Origin: Candidatus Doudnabacteria bacterium | GTDB lineage: Bacteria > Patescibacteriota > Doudnabacteria > UBA920 > VMFF01 | Length of the DNA: 64,000 nucleotides | Direction of reading: 5' to 3' | Assembly (NCBI GenBank): GCA_028286905.1 | Contig: JAQBQP010000001.1 | Span: 15,114 to 79,113, forward strand | Shown: positions 9,959 through 19,764 of the stretch, one piece after another | How the letters are laid out: every line of letters begins with the position of its first letter | How positions within the stretch are numbered: position 1 is the stretch's first letter | Made by a program: the position numbers and the translations under genes | The notes under the pieces: model-generated | What the model was told of the DNA's origin: nothing | What the model saw: the letters and a program-made list of their open reading frames with translations, nothing else | Database searches by the model: none

Positions 9959-10297
9959 ATGGAAATAATCAAATCACTAAACTTAGGCGTAGCGTTTTTT
10001 CTAGAGTTACTAATGCTAGCTGTTTTTGGGTATACAGGATTTAGCCTAACCCAAAACACTTATCTTAGAGCGGGCTTCGCAATTGCCATTCCACTCGTTG
10101 CCGTAATACTGTGGGCTTTCTTAGCTGCCCCTAATTCAGGAACAAGACTGCACCAACCTTGGCTGTTGCTATTTCAAGCAATCCTATTTGGTCTCGCCTT
10201 CTATAGCTTGTGTAAATTACACCATCCTAAATTTGCTCTTGCTTTGATCTTTGTTTGGATAATTAGCACGGCTCTTAGCCTGTTTTGGAATCAATAA
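9959..10297 (+). CDS. small membrane protein (YrdB/DUF2568-like)
   Basis: 112 aa, 4 hydrophobic helices. Confidence 0.3.
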   Translation: MEIIKSLNLGVAFFLELLMLAVFGYTGFSLTQNTYLRAGFAIAIPLVAVILWAFLAAPNSGTRLHQPWLLLFQAILFGLAFYSLCKLHHPKFALALIFVWIISTALSLFWNQ

Positions 10298-10439
10298 TTT
10301 CAGTGGCGGAAAAGTTTCGCCTCCCAAAAAACTTAGCTTGCACCAAACTCCCAGTCCTGATAAACTAGTTCAATGTAACTGGGATGATACCCTGCGAAAG
10401 CCGCAGAGATAAGCCCACAAGAACCCAAAGGAGGGTTAA

Positions 10440-10928
10440 GTGAAAACGCTCACGAATGAGCCGCAGGTCCGCACGCCTTCGGAGAAGATCATTCCGGCAA
10501 GTCGCGGAACGTTCTACAGCTATGCCTCCGTGTTCACAATCGCGCGGCCGCTGTTCTGCCTGATGGATTGCAAGGCGAACAAGGCCCGTCCGACAGAAGA
10601 CGCCGAGACGCTCGTCGAAGAAGTCGACATGGTCTTCAATTTCGGTGATCCGGTCCGGCTCCGCTCGCCGAATTCCAGGACGACCCAGATCGCACGCATC
10701 GAGATGAACGACTACGCCTTCGATGAAGTGCGTCAGAAGAAGGACGGCGAGGCTCTGGCCCAGATCGTCCGCCAGCTCATGGCGACCGAACAGGTCACCA
10801 CGGACATGGCACTCGAGCCCGGAATGGTTCTCGGGGTCGCGACGTCGAACAACAAGTTCGGCCTTCTCCGCATCGCCGCGCTGGCCGATTCATTCGTATC
10901 GATCGACGCCTGCCACATCCTCCTGTAA
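10440..10928 (+). CDS. hypothetical protein encoded in a high-GC island, GTG start
   Basis: 162 aa. AAGGAGGG SD lies 5 nt upstream of the GTG. GC is about 60%. Followed by a hairpin terminator. Confidence 0.5.
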   Translation: MKTLTNEPQVRTPSEKIIPASRGTFYSYASVFTIARPLFCLMDCKANKARPTEDAETLVEEVDMVFNFGDPVRLRSPNSRTTQIARIEMNDYAFDEVRQKKDGEALAQIVRQLMATEQVTTDMALEPGMVLGVATSNNKFGLLRIAALADSFVSIDACHILL

Positions 10929-10954
10929 CACGAGGGCGCGGTAAGGCAGCACAA

Positions 10955-10995
10955 AACGCCGTCAGAGGATCAAACCTCTGGCGGCGTTTCTCATA
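10955..10995 (+). terminator. rho-independent terminator of the high-GC 162-aa gene
   Basis: acgccgtcagagg-atcaaa-cctctggcggcgt stem, followed by ttctcatattc. Confidence 0.6.
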
Positions 10996-11081
10996 TTCAT
11001 GAACTACCATGGCAGTGGGATGTGGCAACTGTGCTCCGAGAACATACGAATTATGTTCATGTCCCCGTTATGAAATAGCTA

Positions 11082-11678
11082 CTACTTAAATTTAAAAGTT
11101 GAGAGAATTTGATTAAAAACTTTATCAGCTTCTGAAGCATCAGGTAGGCCATTATTATAGCTAACTTCAATAAAGGAGTTTGGTAAATTTGGGTTTTTAA
11201 TAAAAACATCTGGTCCAGACGAAGGCGAGTCCCCGCTTATTTCATACGCTTCTATCTGAGGAAGATTTAGCTTCTTAACCACGTAATACTCGGAACTTAC
11301 TAAGCTAACATTTTTTACGTCCTGCAGTCCTACATAAATTTCATAACCAGGAATCCAATCCTTTCCCTCCACCCCGGATGGTTTTACCCCTCCCCCATCA
11401 TATATTGGGAGCGAAGTATTACTAATTCGAAAGGTATGATTGAAAGCAGAATCGTTAGTTTTGGTATATAAGTTTTTTGGGTACTTAAACTCAAATTTAT
11501 ATTTACTGTCGGTATAAGTTTGGAGATTTGCATTTAAGCTATTTGGAGGTGTCTCAGAAACAGGATTTTTAGACTGAGTAGTAGCCTTCACTTGATCGGG
11601 GTTATTAACTACTGTATTTGAGTGACATCCCGTTGATAAAAACAAAATACTGGTTACTAATAAAAATATTTTTTTCAT
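11082..11678 (-). CDS. lipoprotein, hypothetical
   Basis: 198 aa. Signal peptide with lipobox LSTGC. Confidence 0.45.
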   Translation of the reverse strand: MKKIFLLVTSILFLSTGCHSNTVVNNPDQVKATTQSKNPVSETPPNSLNANLQTYTDSKYKFEFKYPKNLYTKTNDSAFNHTFRISNTSLPIYDGGGVKPSGVEGKDWIPGYEIYVGLQDVKNVSLVSSEYYVVKKLNLPQIEAYEISGDSPSSGPDVFIKNPNLPNSFIEVSYNNGLPDASEADKVFNQILSTFKFK

Positions 11679-11711
11679 GGCTCACGCAAAATTAATTGCT
11701 TTAAGTATAAC

Positions 11712-11739
11712 AAAAAATCGCCTATTCGGCGATTTTTTT
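11712..11739. terminator. bidirectional hairpin terminator-like module (aaaaaatcgcc-tatt-cggcgattttttt)
   Basis: Perfect stem flanked by an A-run and a T-run. It is immediately followed by a degenerate tRNA-His 3'-end-like sequence tggggtcgcatagcgaaag at 11741..11759. Confidence 0.5.
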
Positions 11740-12036
11740 CTGGGGTCGCATAGCGAAAGATGTGGCAACTGTTCTTCAGCAAACGAAGGAATATGTAGTT
11801 ATTCCTGATCTCAGATAATTTTCTTATACAAACATAGAGAGTACCGTCACCCACCCTCCCCTGGGGGTCAATTTTATTCATTTAGATGGGGTTGTATGCG
11901 AATCGTTTTTTCTGATTTTAAGAAATTTGTGCAGCCACAGCATGGATTCTATTTTTGCATTTAATGGTAAGGACTTAAAGACACTAACATATACTAGCGT
12001 CCTGTGTTTGGATCGCACAGTAGACTACGTTAGAAC

Positions 12037-13974
12037 CTATTTTTTGGCTTGCTTTTTTCGTTTTTTTCTTCGCGGCACAACCCATAAAAACGAAGCTAAT
12101 AAGAGAAGCCCTATTAATAAAAGAAAGATGCGCAGAACGCATCTTTCTTTTATATCTATATTATCTTTCTGTAAGATTGTTGGAGCAGGAGAAGCAACAA
12201 TGACTGTAGCGATGGCAAGATCTTTTACTAAAATACCATTGGCTTGACCAGTTGCTATCGCTGTATTTGTAGTAGTCTTTAAAATCCTCGTAGTACAAGT
12301 GTAGTCCCAAGTCTCAGTAATACCGAGTCTCGAATCACTATTTTTATCACCAGTAACGTATTCGACCGGACTACATTTATCATCAGTGATGTTAACATTA
12401 CTCAGCGCGATTTTTCCAGGGTTGCTAATTTTTTGAACGTAAGTAATCATCCCTCCCCTTACTGGCAAAGTAAATGAGTTCGGAACATTTATAACATGAA
12501 TAATCGGTGTTATAACTATAGCTGGCATTCCGACCACAACCGTGGCGCTTGCAATATCTGTTGCAGAAATATTATTGGCCCAACCAGTCGCGACTGCAAC
12601 ATCAATGTTGGTTTTTGTAAGCCTAACGGAACAACGGTAAATCCATATTTCATTTATATCAAGTACGTCGTCAGAATTAATATCACCGGAAGTAAGATTG
12701 ATAGGCTTACAACTGTTACCAAGTATTGTAATATTGGTCACAGGAACCGTTCCAATATTACGTAACGTGTAAGTGAACGTCACTAAACCCGGGCCGCCAG
12801 GCAAGGCCAAAGGATTTGGAATTTTAATAATATCAATAACCGGTGGGGTCGGAACAACGACCGGAATAAATGGAACAACTGGTGGCGACTGTCCACCAGA
12901 ACCACCACCTCCTGATGAAGGAGGGACAATCAGCGGTGCGATGTCATCATTAATAACTATGCAGAACATCTGGCTGCCAGAAACCACATCGATCCGACCA
13001 GAAGCGTCACAATCTCCGGAAAATTCTTGAGTGTAGTTTACATCTGCAGTCTCTGTCACGGTGTACGATGCAGGTGCCGCAAAGGAATTGGTCTGGCCAG
13101 AAATGACTGACGAGCCATTTACGAACAGCGGAAAGTCAGCCACGACTTTGGTTCGACCATTATCATTGATCACTGTAGCAACGACATTGATCGATGCAGA
13201 TGGTGGTGGAGTGGGAGTTGGACTAGGCGAAGGTGTTGGAGTAGGCGTCGGTGAAGGGCTTGGAGCTGGAGGCGGAGGCGGCGCTGGGGCACTACATGAA
13301 GGCACGGTAATGGAGTTAGTATCAGAGGTTACCGCTTTGCCAAATGCCAGAGCTCTTCCTGTCCATATCGTGCCAGCACCCAACGTCACGGCCGCAGGAT
13401 CAATCACAGTTCCTATAAAAGTTGTTCCGGCACCTAGAGTTACCGCACCAGTCGGCGTCCAAAAAATATCACAAGCCGATGCTCCTCCGGCTAACGCAAT
13501 CGTTATACCAGCTGTAGAATTTAGTGCGCCAACGATCCTGAAGGTGTATGTCCCACTACCGCTAAGAGTGATCCCGGTTGTTATGGAAACAGCACCAGTA
13601 ATACAATACACTCCTGGAATTATTGGTTGAGATAAGGTGGCGAGATCAGTAGCAGCACCAAAAATAAAAGTACAAGTTTCAGCATTTAAGGCGCTCAAAG
13701 CAGTGCCCTGATCTGCTCCTGCCGCCGTATAGGGGTCAGAGGATCCATAATTCGTATGTGTACCAGAAGGTGCAATCGCAGGCGCAACGGTGAAACCGAC
13801 ATCTCCATTGATCGTGGTTGCTGACGTATTGGCGTAAGTACCAGTAAGCACGCCATAAGTTGCCGCTGCTCCCAAAGATGGAGTGGTGGCTGCAGCGTCG
13901 ACTTGTTGTGTACCAAGCCTAAGCACGAAAAAAACGACCAATAAAACCATCAGGATATTAGCAATTCTTTTCAT
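12037..13974 (-). CDS. cell-surface protein: N-terminal ice-binding-like (DUF3494) domain, Pro/Thr/Ser linker, two DUF11-type repeats, C-terminal TM anchor with basic tail
   Basis: 645 aa. LGAAATYGVLTGTYANTSATTINGDVGF resembles the DUF3494 start. PAPPPPPAPSPSPTPTPTPSPSPTPTPPPS linker. Two ~90-aa repeats with the N.TD.KC...GD.NSD..L...E.W.Y.C pattern (DUF11-like). C-terminal IFLLLIGLLLLASFLWVVPRRKKRKK. Confidence 0.55.
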   Translation of the reverse strand: MKRIANILMVLLVVFFVLRLGTQQVDAAATTPSLGAAATYGVLTGTYANTSATTINGDVGFTVAPAIAPSGTHTNYGSSDPYTAAGADQGTALSALNAETCTFIFGAATDLATLSQPIIPGVYCITGAVSITTGITLSGSGTYTFRIVGALNSTAGITIALAGGASACDIFWTPTGAVTLGAGTTFIGTVIDPAAVTLGAGTIWTGRALAFGKAVTSDTNSITVPSCSAPAPPPPPAPSPSPTPTPTPSPSPTPTPPPSASINVVATVINDNGRTKVVADFPLFVNGSSVISGQTNSFAAPASYTVTETADVNYTQEFSGDCDASGRIDVVSGSQMFCIVINDDIAPLIVPPSSGGGGSGGQSPPVVPFIPVVVPTPPVIDIIKIPNPLALPGGPGLVTFTYTLRNIGTVPVTNITILGNSCKPINLTSGDINSDDVLDINEIWIYRCSVRLTKTNIDVAVATGWANNISATDIASATVVVGMPAIVITPIIHVINVPNSFTLPVRGGMITYVQKISNPGKIALSNVNITDDKCSPVEYVTGDKNSDSRLGITETWDYTCTTRILKTTTNTAIATGQANGILVKDLAIATVIVASPAPTILQKDNIDIKERCVLRIFLLLIGLLLLASFLWVVPRRKKRKKQAKK

Positions 13975-14122
13975 ATTTGTTTTTTACCCTTCTAATTAAA
14001 ATACAAAACCGGACAAAGTCCGGTCAAAACTCTAATTTTTGAGTGGAATTTGAAAGTAAGAGTACTTACAACGTAAGTATCGCTTCAATTCAATTAAAAA
14101 ACAATAGGGATCCTTTGCCAAC

Positions 14123-14147
14123 AAAAAACCGCCTTTTCGGCGATTTT
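14123..14147. terminator. hairpin module paralogous to 11712..11739 (aaaaaaccgcc-tttt-cggcgatttt)
   Basis: Same architecture and sequence family as the 11712 hairpin. It is followed 7 nt later by the tRNA-His 3'-end duplicate. Confidence 0.45.
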
Positions 14148-14154
14148 CTATTTA

Positions 14155-14169
14155 TGGGGTGCCCGAAGG
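14155..14169 (-). repeat. 15-bp perfect duplicate of the tRNA-His 3' end (att-like direct repeat)
   Basis: tggggtgcccgaagg is identical to 14299..14313, which is the CCA end plus acceptor and T-stem of tRNA-His. It also forms an inverted repeat with gccttcggcac at 14206..14216. Confidence 0.6.
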
Positions 14170-14260
14170 CTGCTCCTTCCAGTCGCAGCATTTCCTCTTT
14201 GGTTTGCCTTCGGCACAACCACACAGAAGAAGGTCAGGAAAGTTTCGCCTTCATGAACTA

Positions 14261-14301
14261 CCATTACAAAAGCCTCCAATTTTTGGAGGCTTTTGTAATG
14301 G
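14261..14301. other. perfect 19-bp-arm palindrome (ccattacaaaagcctccaa / ttggaggcttttgtaatgg) abutting and overlapping the tRNA-His CCA end
   Basis: Read directly from the sequence. The loop is ttt. The right arm ends in the tgg that encodes the tRNA CCA. Confidence 0.7.
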
Positions 14302-14373
14302 GGTGCCCGAAGGGAATCGGACCCTCGTGACCGCTGCCACAGAGCGGCGTTCTGCCATTGAACTACGGGCACC
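14299..14373 (-). tRNA. tRNA-His (anticodon GUG) with encoded G-1 and encoded CCA
   Basis: Hand-folded. G-1 then GTGCCCG acceptor, GTTC/GAAC D-stem, CCGCT-CTGTGGC-AGCGG anticodon arm (GUG), GAGGG/CCCTT T-stem, CGGGCAC acceptor, discriminator C, CCA. Confidence 0.85.
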
Positions 14374-14411
14374 ATAATATTTTGCGCGACACATAAACAT
14401 CAGTCGCTTTT

Positions 14412-14442
14412 AAAACACAAAACTCTTACACAGATGTAAGAG
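14412..14442 (-). terminator. terminator of the 352-aa membrane protein gene
   Basis: ctcttaca-cag-atgtaagag hairpin, followed in minus orientation by ttttgtgtttt. Confidence 0.5.
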
Positions 14443-14516
14443 CAATAGATTTGTCCGCTGTGTCAGACAAAAGAATCATACGCTTTTTAGACGCTTTAGT
14501 CAATCGCAGTAGCCAC

Positions 14517-15575
14517 TTAGGCAATACGCTTCTGCGCCCATTTCTTCTGAATCCAAGAGTCCAATCCCCACTCCCCACCATTATTAATCATCAAGTACAA
14601 AGCCAAAGCTAATAAAATATAATGCGGCCAAACAGCTTCCTTGAAAAACAGCACCGACATCGCCATCAAAACAAAAGTAATTAAAGTATTTAACCGCGTC
14701 TGAAAACCTAAAATTATTGCGGTACCTACTACGACTTGCGCCAAGCCAGTCCCTAACGCAATCAACAACGGGTCTTGCGGGAACAGCCAATGGAATTGTG
14801 TTAAATGGTATTGTTGAACTATTTCAACAATTATAATCGGATGCAATAATTTTATACTGATCGCCGGATACAAAACTGAAATGCCGTAAGTAATTCTGAT
14901 AATTGCAATTTCATATTGTTTAAATTTTTCCCGCATCCTGCCTAGAGCGGAGCTCGTTCCTTGCAATAATCGATCAACTGAAAAAACTTTAGAACCAAAA
15001 AATATCAAAGCAATAAACTCTCCAAAGTAATTGAAATAAGTTAGAATATAATCCTTATAAACGATCGTTGCCAGAATAAATACCAATAAAGAAACAGCTC
15101 CTATTACTTCGCTAAATAAGCCAATAATCAGCATTATCCCTAATATATAGAGTAAGATGTGAATTAACCCGCCAAAAGGCAGGCTATATACACTAATCTC
15201 TGGCCCAAGATAAGCGTGAGTTTGCGCTGAAGCAATAAAAGAAATGCCTAATGCAAATCTTAAAACAACGCTGCCGAATGGGTCGAACCGCTTAATAAAT
15301 TTATCAAACCGAATTCCCCACTTTGAATGTTGAAAAAGAAAATATAAAACAAACAAAATAAAACTGCCTAAACCAAAAGCCACTCCTATAATCAAGTTGT
15401 GCGGATTTTTTAAAGCATTAAAAACGTTCAAGCTATAATCGCGCATTCCAGCATCAATTTGAGCATGACTTAAAACATAATTTTCGTGTGCGGAACTTGT
15501 AAAAGGCATTGCCCATAAAAAGGCTAGTAAAGCACCGACAATTAACTGAAATTTTATTTTTATTTTGTTTCGCAT
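14517..15575 (-). CDS. polytopic membrane protein, hypothetical
   Basis: 352 aa with a signal-like N-terminus and 8 or more TM helices. Confidence 0.35.
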   Translation of the reverse strand: MRNKIKIKFQLIVGALLAFLWAMPFTSSAHENYVLSHAQIDAGMRDYSLNVFNALKNPHNLIIGVAFGLGSFILFVLYFLFQHSKWGIRFDKFIKRFDPFGSVVLRFALGISFIASAQTHAYLGPEISVYSLPFGGLIHILLYILGIMLIIGLFSEVIGAVSLLVFILATIVYKDYILTYFNYFGEFIALIFFGSKVFSVDRLLQGTSSALGRMREKFKQYEIAIIRITYGISVLYPAISIKLLHPIIIVEIVQQYHLTQFHWLFPQDPLLIALGTGLAQVVVGTAIILGFQTRLNTLITFVLMAMSVLFFKEAVWPHYILLALALYLMINNGGEWGLDSWIQKKWAQKRIA

Positions 15576-15694
15576 AGTTTTCTGACCTCCATATTATAGC
15601 ATCTCTTTGCCTATCGCCACCCTCTTGCGCTCAAACCCGTTTTCTGGCATAATATTGCCAGCGCAGAAAGCGCCTTTTAATTTTAAGATATATT

Positions 15695-17548
15695 ATGAGC
15701 CAACAGACCCGAGACAACATCCGCAATATTGCGATCATTGCTCACGTAGACCACGGCAAAACCACCCTTGTCGACGCGATGCTTAAACAAACCCATACCG
15801 TAAAAGACGGACCAGATGGTGCTGATTTAATCATGGACTCCATGGATTTGGAACGTGAACGCGGAATCACCATTAAGGCTAAAAATGCCAGCGTTGTTTA
15901 CAACGGCATTAAGATTAATATTGTCGATACCCCAGGCCACGCAGACTTCGGCGGAGAAGTTGAACGTACTTTAAAGATGGCTGATGGTGTAATCCTTTTG
16001 GTGGATGCTAAAGAAGGTCCGATGCCTCAGACAAAATTCGTTTTGAAGAAAGCTTTGGAACTTGGCCACCGCGCGATTGTTGTGATCAACAAAGTTGACC
16101 GTCCTGACGCTCAAGCAGATGAAGTAGTAAATAAAACTTTCGATTTATTCGTAGATCTACGCGCAACTGATGACCAACTTGAATTCCCAATCATCTACGC
16201 TTCAGGTATTAATGGTGTTGCCAGCTTAACTCAACCAAAACATCCTGGCGCGCAAGCTTTGGAAGATTTAAACAGCAAAGATTTAATTCCATTATTTGAT
16301 ACAATTTTAAAACATATCCCCGCTCCTCAAGTGAACATGGATGATCCTTTTGCAATGCTTGTACTTGCGATTGCTTACGATGCATACAAAGGCAGAATGG
16401 GCACTGGAAAGATTTTCTCCGGTTCTGTTAAAAAAGGCCAGAACGTTGTTCAAATAAAAGTAGATGGTACAAAAGTTGCTGGAAAAGTTGGCAACATTAT
16501 GAGCTTTGAAGGAATGGCAAAAGTTGAAGTTGATGAAGCTTTGGCTGGCGACATTGTTTCTATTTCTGGTTTTGATGAAATCACAATCGGTGAAACGATC
16601 GCTGATGCTTTAAACCCTGTTCAGCTTACTCCTGTGAAGATTGAAGAACCTACCGTAAGAATGAGCTTCTCAGTTAACAACTCCCCTTTTGCTGGACGTG
16701 AAGGTAAATTCTTAACTTCTAGAAATTTGCGAGAACGTTTGTTTAAAGAATTAGAAACTAATGTTGCTTTGCGCGTTGAAGAAACCGGTACTACAGATTC
16801 TTACCTTGTATCTGGACGCGGTGAATTGCACTTAGGTATTTTAATTGAAACGATGCGCCGTGAAGGTTACGAGTTGCAAGTTTCTCAGCCTGAGGTTATT
16901 TTCAAAACTGAAAATGGCGTGAAATTAGAACCTTACGAAGTTTTGAGCGTTGATGTACCAAGCCAATATCAAGGTCCCGTAATTGAAGAACTTGGTAAGC
17001 GCGGTGGTGAACTACGCCATATGGAAACTAGCCCTTCAGACGAAATCCATGCTGAATACTTAATTCCTACTCGTGGTTTGATTGGTCTTAAGAGCGCATT
17101 GCTTACAAAGACTCGTGGCACAGCGATTGTTAACAACATCTTTGAAGCTTACAAGCCAATGGCAAACATTAGTAGCGAAACAACAGACTCGCACGGTTCA
17201 TTGATTGCTGCTGAAACCGGGGTTTCTAATGCTTACGGTTTGAACAACGCTCAAGAACGCGGAACTCTGTTTATCGGTCCTGCTGTTGAAGTGTACGGCG
17301 GAATGATCGTTGGTAAGAACGCTTTCGATACTGACCTTGAAATCAACGTTAACAGAACTAAAAAACTATCAAACATGCGTTCCTCCGGGGCCGATGATGC
17401 AATCATCCTTACTCCTCCTCGCGAAATAACTTTGGACATGGCTCTTGAATACATCGGAAACGATGAATTAGTAGAGGTTACACCAAAGAGCGTTAGAATG
17501 CGTAAGAAGTTACTAGACCCAAACGAACGCAAGCGCGCCGCCAGATAA
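15695..17548 (+). CDS. typA: translational GTPase TypA/BipA
   Basis: 617 aa. [11 protein letters not shown]1 motif, [16 protein letters not shown]-like domain order of BipA length. Confidence 0.9.
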   Translation: MSQQTRDNIRNIAIIAHVDHGKTTLVDAMLKQTHTVKDGPDGADLIMDSMDLERERGITIKAKNASVVYNGIKINIVDTPGHADFGGEVERTLKMADGVILLVDAKEGPMPQTKFVLKKALELGHRAIVVINKVDRPDAQADEVVNKTFDLFVDLRATDDQLEFPIIYASGINGVASLTQPKHPGAQALEDLNSKDLIPLFDTILKHIPAPQVNMDDPFAMLVLAIAYDAYKGRMGTGKIFSGSVKKGQNVVQIKVDGTKVAGKVGNIMSFEGMAKVEVDEALAGDIVSISGFDEITIGETIADALNPVQLTPVKIEEPTVRMSFSVNNSPFAGREGKFLTSRNLRERLFKELETNVALRVEETGTTDSYLVSGRGELHLGILIETMRREGYELQVSQPEVIFKTENGVKLEPYEVLSVDVPSQYQGPVIEELGKRGGELRHMETSPSDEIHAEYLIPTRGLIGLKSALLTKTRGTAIVNNIFEAYKPMANISSETTDSHGSLIAAETGVSNAYGLNNAQERGTLFIGPAVEVYGGMIVGKNAFDTDLEINVNRTKKLSNMRSSGADDAIILTPPREITLDMALEYIGNDELVEVTPKSVRMRKKLLDPNERKRAAR

Positions 17549-17573
17549 GTTCACCCTCGACTCCAAAATCGTA

Positions 17574-17600
17574 GGTCGTGCCGAAGCGAAGCGCACGGCC
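17574..17600. repeat. conserved hairpin motif, copy 1 (ggtcgtgc-CGAAGCGAAGC-gcacggcc)
   Basis: Core CGAAGCGAAGCGCACG at 17582..17597, identical to 63651..63666 and split in 62899..62930. Flanking bases pair, with a compensatory difference between copies. Confidence 0.5.
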
Positions 17601-17652
17601 GATAGCACCCCTCGGGAGCAACCCTAATTGTGCATAAGTGGATAACAATAAT

Positions 17653-17680
17653 AAAACCGCTCTATCTGTAGAGCGGTTTT
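17653..17680. terminator. bidirectional terminator between typA and holA
   Basis: aaaaccgctc-tatctgta-gagcggtttt, with T-runs on both strands. Confidence 0.7.
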
Positions 17681-17706
17681 ATTTTGCGCACCATTTACCA
17701 CAACTA

Positions 17707-18723
17707 TTATTTCAGCAGTGCTTCTATAATCATCAACATTTGCAAGTTTGCCGGCCCAGAAGTAGTTTTAACTTCCTGGTCCAACGCCTCGAGCTTTCTC
17801 AACGCTTGTCTTACCGCCAACGCTGAGAAATTTCTACCCAGTTTTTTATAAACAAATAATTTGCCGCTAGCAAAGCCGCTTGCCGCCAACATCTCCGGTT
17901 CGCCCATCCCAGAAGCGGCCAAACCTTGAATTAACAAAATGCTTCTGAACTGTTCCGCCAACAAACCCGATAAGCTAATGATCTTGGCTTTCTCGTCGCC
18001 TGGCAAACGATCGATGTACTCGGTTAGCGCTTTGATTGCCGCTGCTTTATTTTTATCGCCCAGTGCGTTGGTTATCGCAAAAATATTTTCATCCAAATTT
18101 TCAGAAATTAAATCTCTAATATTTTCTTCGGTCAGCGCCGCTGCTTTATCTTCAACCGCGGCACCAACAGCTCCACCGCTAAACGCAGCTAGCTTCCGCA
18201 GTTCAGAATCCACCTGCCACAAAGAATAAGCCGGCGCACCAAACGTTGCTGCCCCTCCTCCAGCAAAACTTGAACCTCCAACAAATCCAATCCGTTCCAA
18301 AAACAAATCAAAGCTTCTGCCGCCAAATTTCAAACCGTATAGATTAGCCCGCGCATCAACCCATTTTCTAAATTCTGCTCCCACCAAAGTATTAAACTCC
18401 AAGACTTTTAGCTTGGGGTGCGCTAAAATCTTTTTTGTTTCGGTTTTACGCTTATCCAATTTTTCTTCAAAGAAAACAATTATATTTAAATTTTTAGAAA
18501 TCTCTTCCAAAACCGCTTCATTCACCAAATTCTTAGAAAAGAAATCGTAACCAAAGATAATCTTTCTGCCCCCAAATAGGTTCGCTTCTGTGGCGGTACG
18601 AGCCAAAGCAGCGATACCATCGGTATCATAAAAGACCGCCGGTTCCAACCGTTCTTTAGCTTCCAGCCCCTTTACATACTCCTTTTTGGAGAAATCGTCG
18701 CTGCCTAATAACAGATATATCAT
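17707..18723 (-). CDS. holA: DNA polymerase III delta subunit
   Basis: 338 aa. N-terminal MIYLLLGSDDF (cf. the HolA start) and a helical C-terminal domain. Confidence 0.55.
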   Translation of the reverse strand: MIYLLLGSDDFSKKEYVKGLEAKERLEPAVFYDTDGIAALARTATEANLFGGRKIIFGYDFFSKNLVNEAVLEEISKNLNIIVFFEEKLDKRKTETKKILAHPKLKVLEFNTLVGAEFRKWVDARANLYGLKFGGRSFDLFLERIGFVGGSSFAGGGAATFGAPAYSLWQVDSELRKLAAFSGGAVGAAVEDKAAALTEENIRDLISENLDENIFAITNALGDKNKAAAIKALTEYIDRLPGDEKAKIISLSGLLAEQFRSILLIQGLAASGMGEPEMLAASGFASGKLFVYKKLGRNFSALAVRQALRKLEALDQEVKTTSGPANLQMLMIIEALLK

Positions 18724-18758
18724 ACCCTTGATTTTAGCATAAAAATGTTATACAAAGC

Positions 18759-18989
18759 ATGACGCTAGTTGAACGACTCCAGGAAGCAGAAATGCTGGCA
18801 ACATTTATGGACTATTACGCTCCACCGCAATGGAGCAAGCGTTTTGCCGAGCTCACGGGAAACCGCGGACGCAACATGATTATCACCCTCGCCCATTGGA
18901 AAGAAGATCTCGAAAAACTGCGCGCCAATGTCAAAGCTGAGGCCGAGGCAATGAGCGCGGAGGATCACACCGAGACCGAAGCCGCCTAA
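18759..18989 (+). CDS. small hypothetical protein, moderately GC-enriched (~52%). The true start may be the internal ATG at 18789, which has an AGGAAG SD.
   Basis: 76-aa ORF, followed by a strong terminator at 19043..19077. Confidence 0.3.
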   Translation: MTLVERLQEAEMLATFMDYYAPPQWSKRFAELTGNRGRNMIITLAHWKEDLEKLRANVKAEAEAMSAEDHTETEAA

Positions 18990-19042
18990 CCTAGAAACTT
19001 CATTCGCAACTACTTTCACCCACTTCACCCGGAAACACCAAC

Positions 19043-19077
19043 AGCCGCTTTCTACCAGAGAGCGGCTGTGTTTTTTA
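19043..19077 (+). terminator. rho-independent terminator
   Basis: cagccgct-ttctaccagag-agcggctg followed by tgtttttt. Confidence 0.65.
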
Positions 19078-19127
19078 CGCTCCAATACTCAGCTCACTTC
19101 TGCCTGTTCGGAACCCTTCGTCAAACC

Positions 19128-19162
19128 AAAAGAATGTACCCCAAGTTTGGGGTACATTCTTT
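19128..19162 (-). terminator. terminator hairpin immediately 3' of tRNA-Lys
   Basis: 16-bp perfect stem aaaagaatgtacccca / tggggtacattctttt. Confidence 0.65.
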
Positions 19163-19238
<76 letters not shown>

Positions 19239-19261
19239 GCAATGCTCGAATGCTGAAATCT

Positions 19262-19338
19262 TGGTGCGCCCGGCAGGGGTCGAACCTGCAACCTTGTGGT
19301 CCGAAGCCACACACTCTATCCAGTTGAGCTACGGGCGC
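19262..19338 (-). tRNA. tRNA-Arg (anticodon UCG)
   Basis: Hand-folded. GCGCCCG acceptor, TGTGG-CTTCGGA-CCACA anticodon arm, GCAGG-TTCGACC-CCTGC T-arm, CCA encoded. Confidence 0.9.
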
Positions 19339-19464
19339 AGAATTCGCTTTACAACGAGGCTTTCGCCAGGTACGCACCTAATCTTAACAAATTAGGCCTA
19401 AAATTTCAACCCCAAACCATCGCTCATAACAAGCTGCCAAATCTCAAACTAACAGCAAACAAAA

Positions 19465-19764
19465 TTAGTGCGCTACTGGGATTGGCACCGGGTTAGAAAA
19501 TGGATCGGCGGCACCTATCGAATCTGGACTAGTTCCGGGGTCATAGGTTTGAGCTTTAGTATATCTTTGGATTGCTTGGTCCATCAGTTTAAAATCTACT
19601 CTGACAATATGTTTTTTTATGCTCTGGCTAACGTTTTTATTGTTCAAATTTAAATACAGCTGATACATTAAAAACACTTCGGCCACAATCAATACGAAGA
19701 AGGCCAAGTTTAAAACCAAGCTCAGCACTGTTCGCCAATTAGTTTTTGGAGGTAAAATTTTCAT
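19465..19764 (-). CDS. small membrane-anchored protein, last gene of the pilus operon (function unknown)
   Basis: 99 aa with a single N-terminal TM. Its start abuts the pilO stop at 19764. Confidence 0.3.
   Translation of the reverse strand: MKILPPKTNWRTVLSLVLNLAFFVLIVAEVFLMYQLYLNLNNKNVSQSIKKHIVRVDFKLMDQAIQRYTKAQTYDPGTSPDSIGAADPFSNPVPIPVAH

Noticed and set aside
13190-13290. Nucleotide-level tandem repetition (ggngtnggn periods) that could be mistaken for a CRISPR-like or satellite repeat
   Set aside because: It is the coding sequence of the PAPPPPPAPSPSPTPTPTP linker. The periodicity is 6 nt with no spacers. No cas genes are present and no repeat-spacer array occurs anywhere in the window.
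13061-13630. 189-aa plus ORF and other plus ORFs (12496..12765, 12773..13030) inside the 645-aa surface-protein gene
   Set aside because: Low-complexity Gly/Val antisense translation of the Pro/Thr/Ser linker and beta-rich region. The minus frame encodes a coherent signal peptide, domain and anchor architecture.
14043-14377. Plus and minus ORFs (95, 75 and 72 aa) around tRNA-His
   Set aside because: They overlap the tRNA gene, its att-like duplicate and a 19-bp palindrome. The structure is explained by RNA and recombination features, not protein coding.
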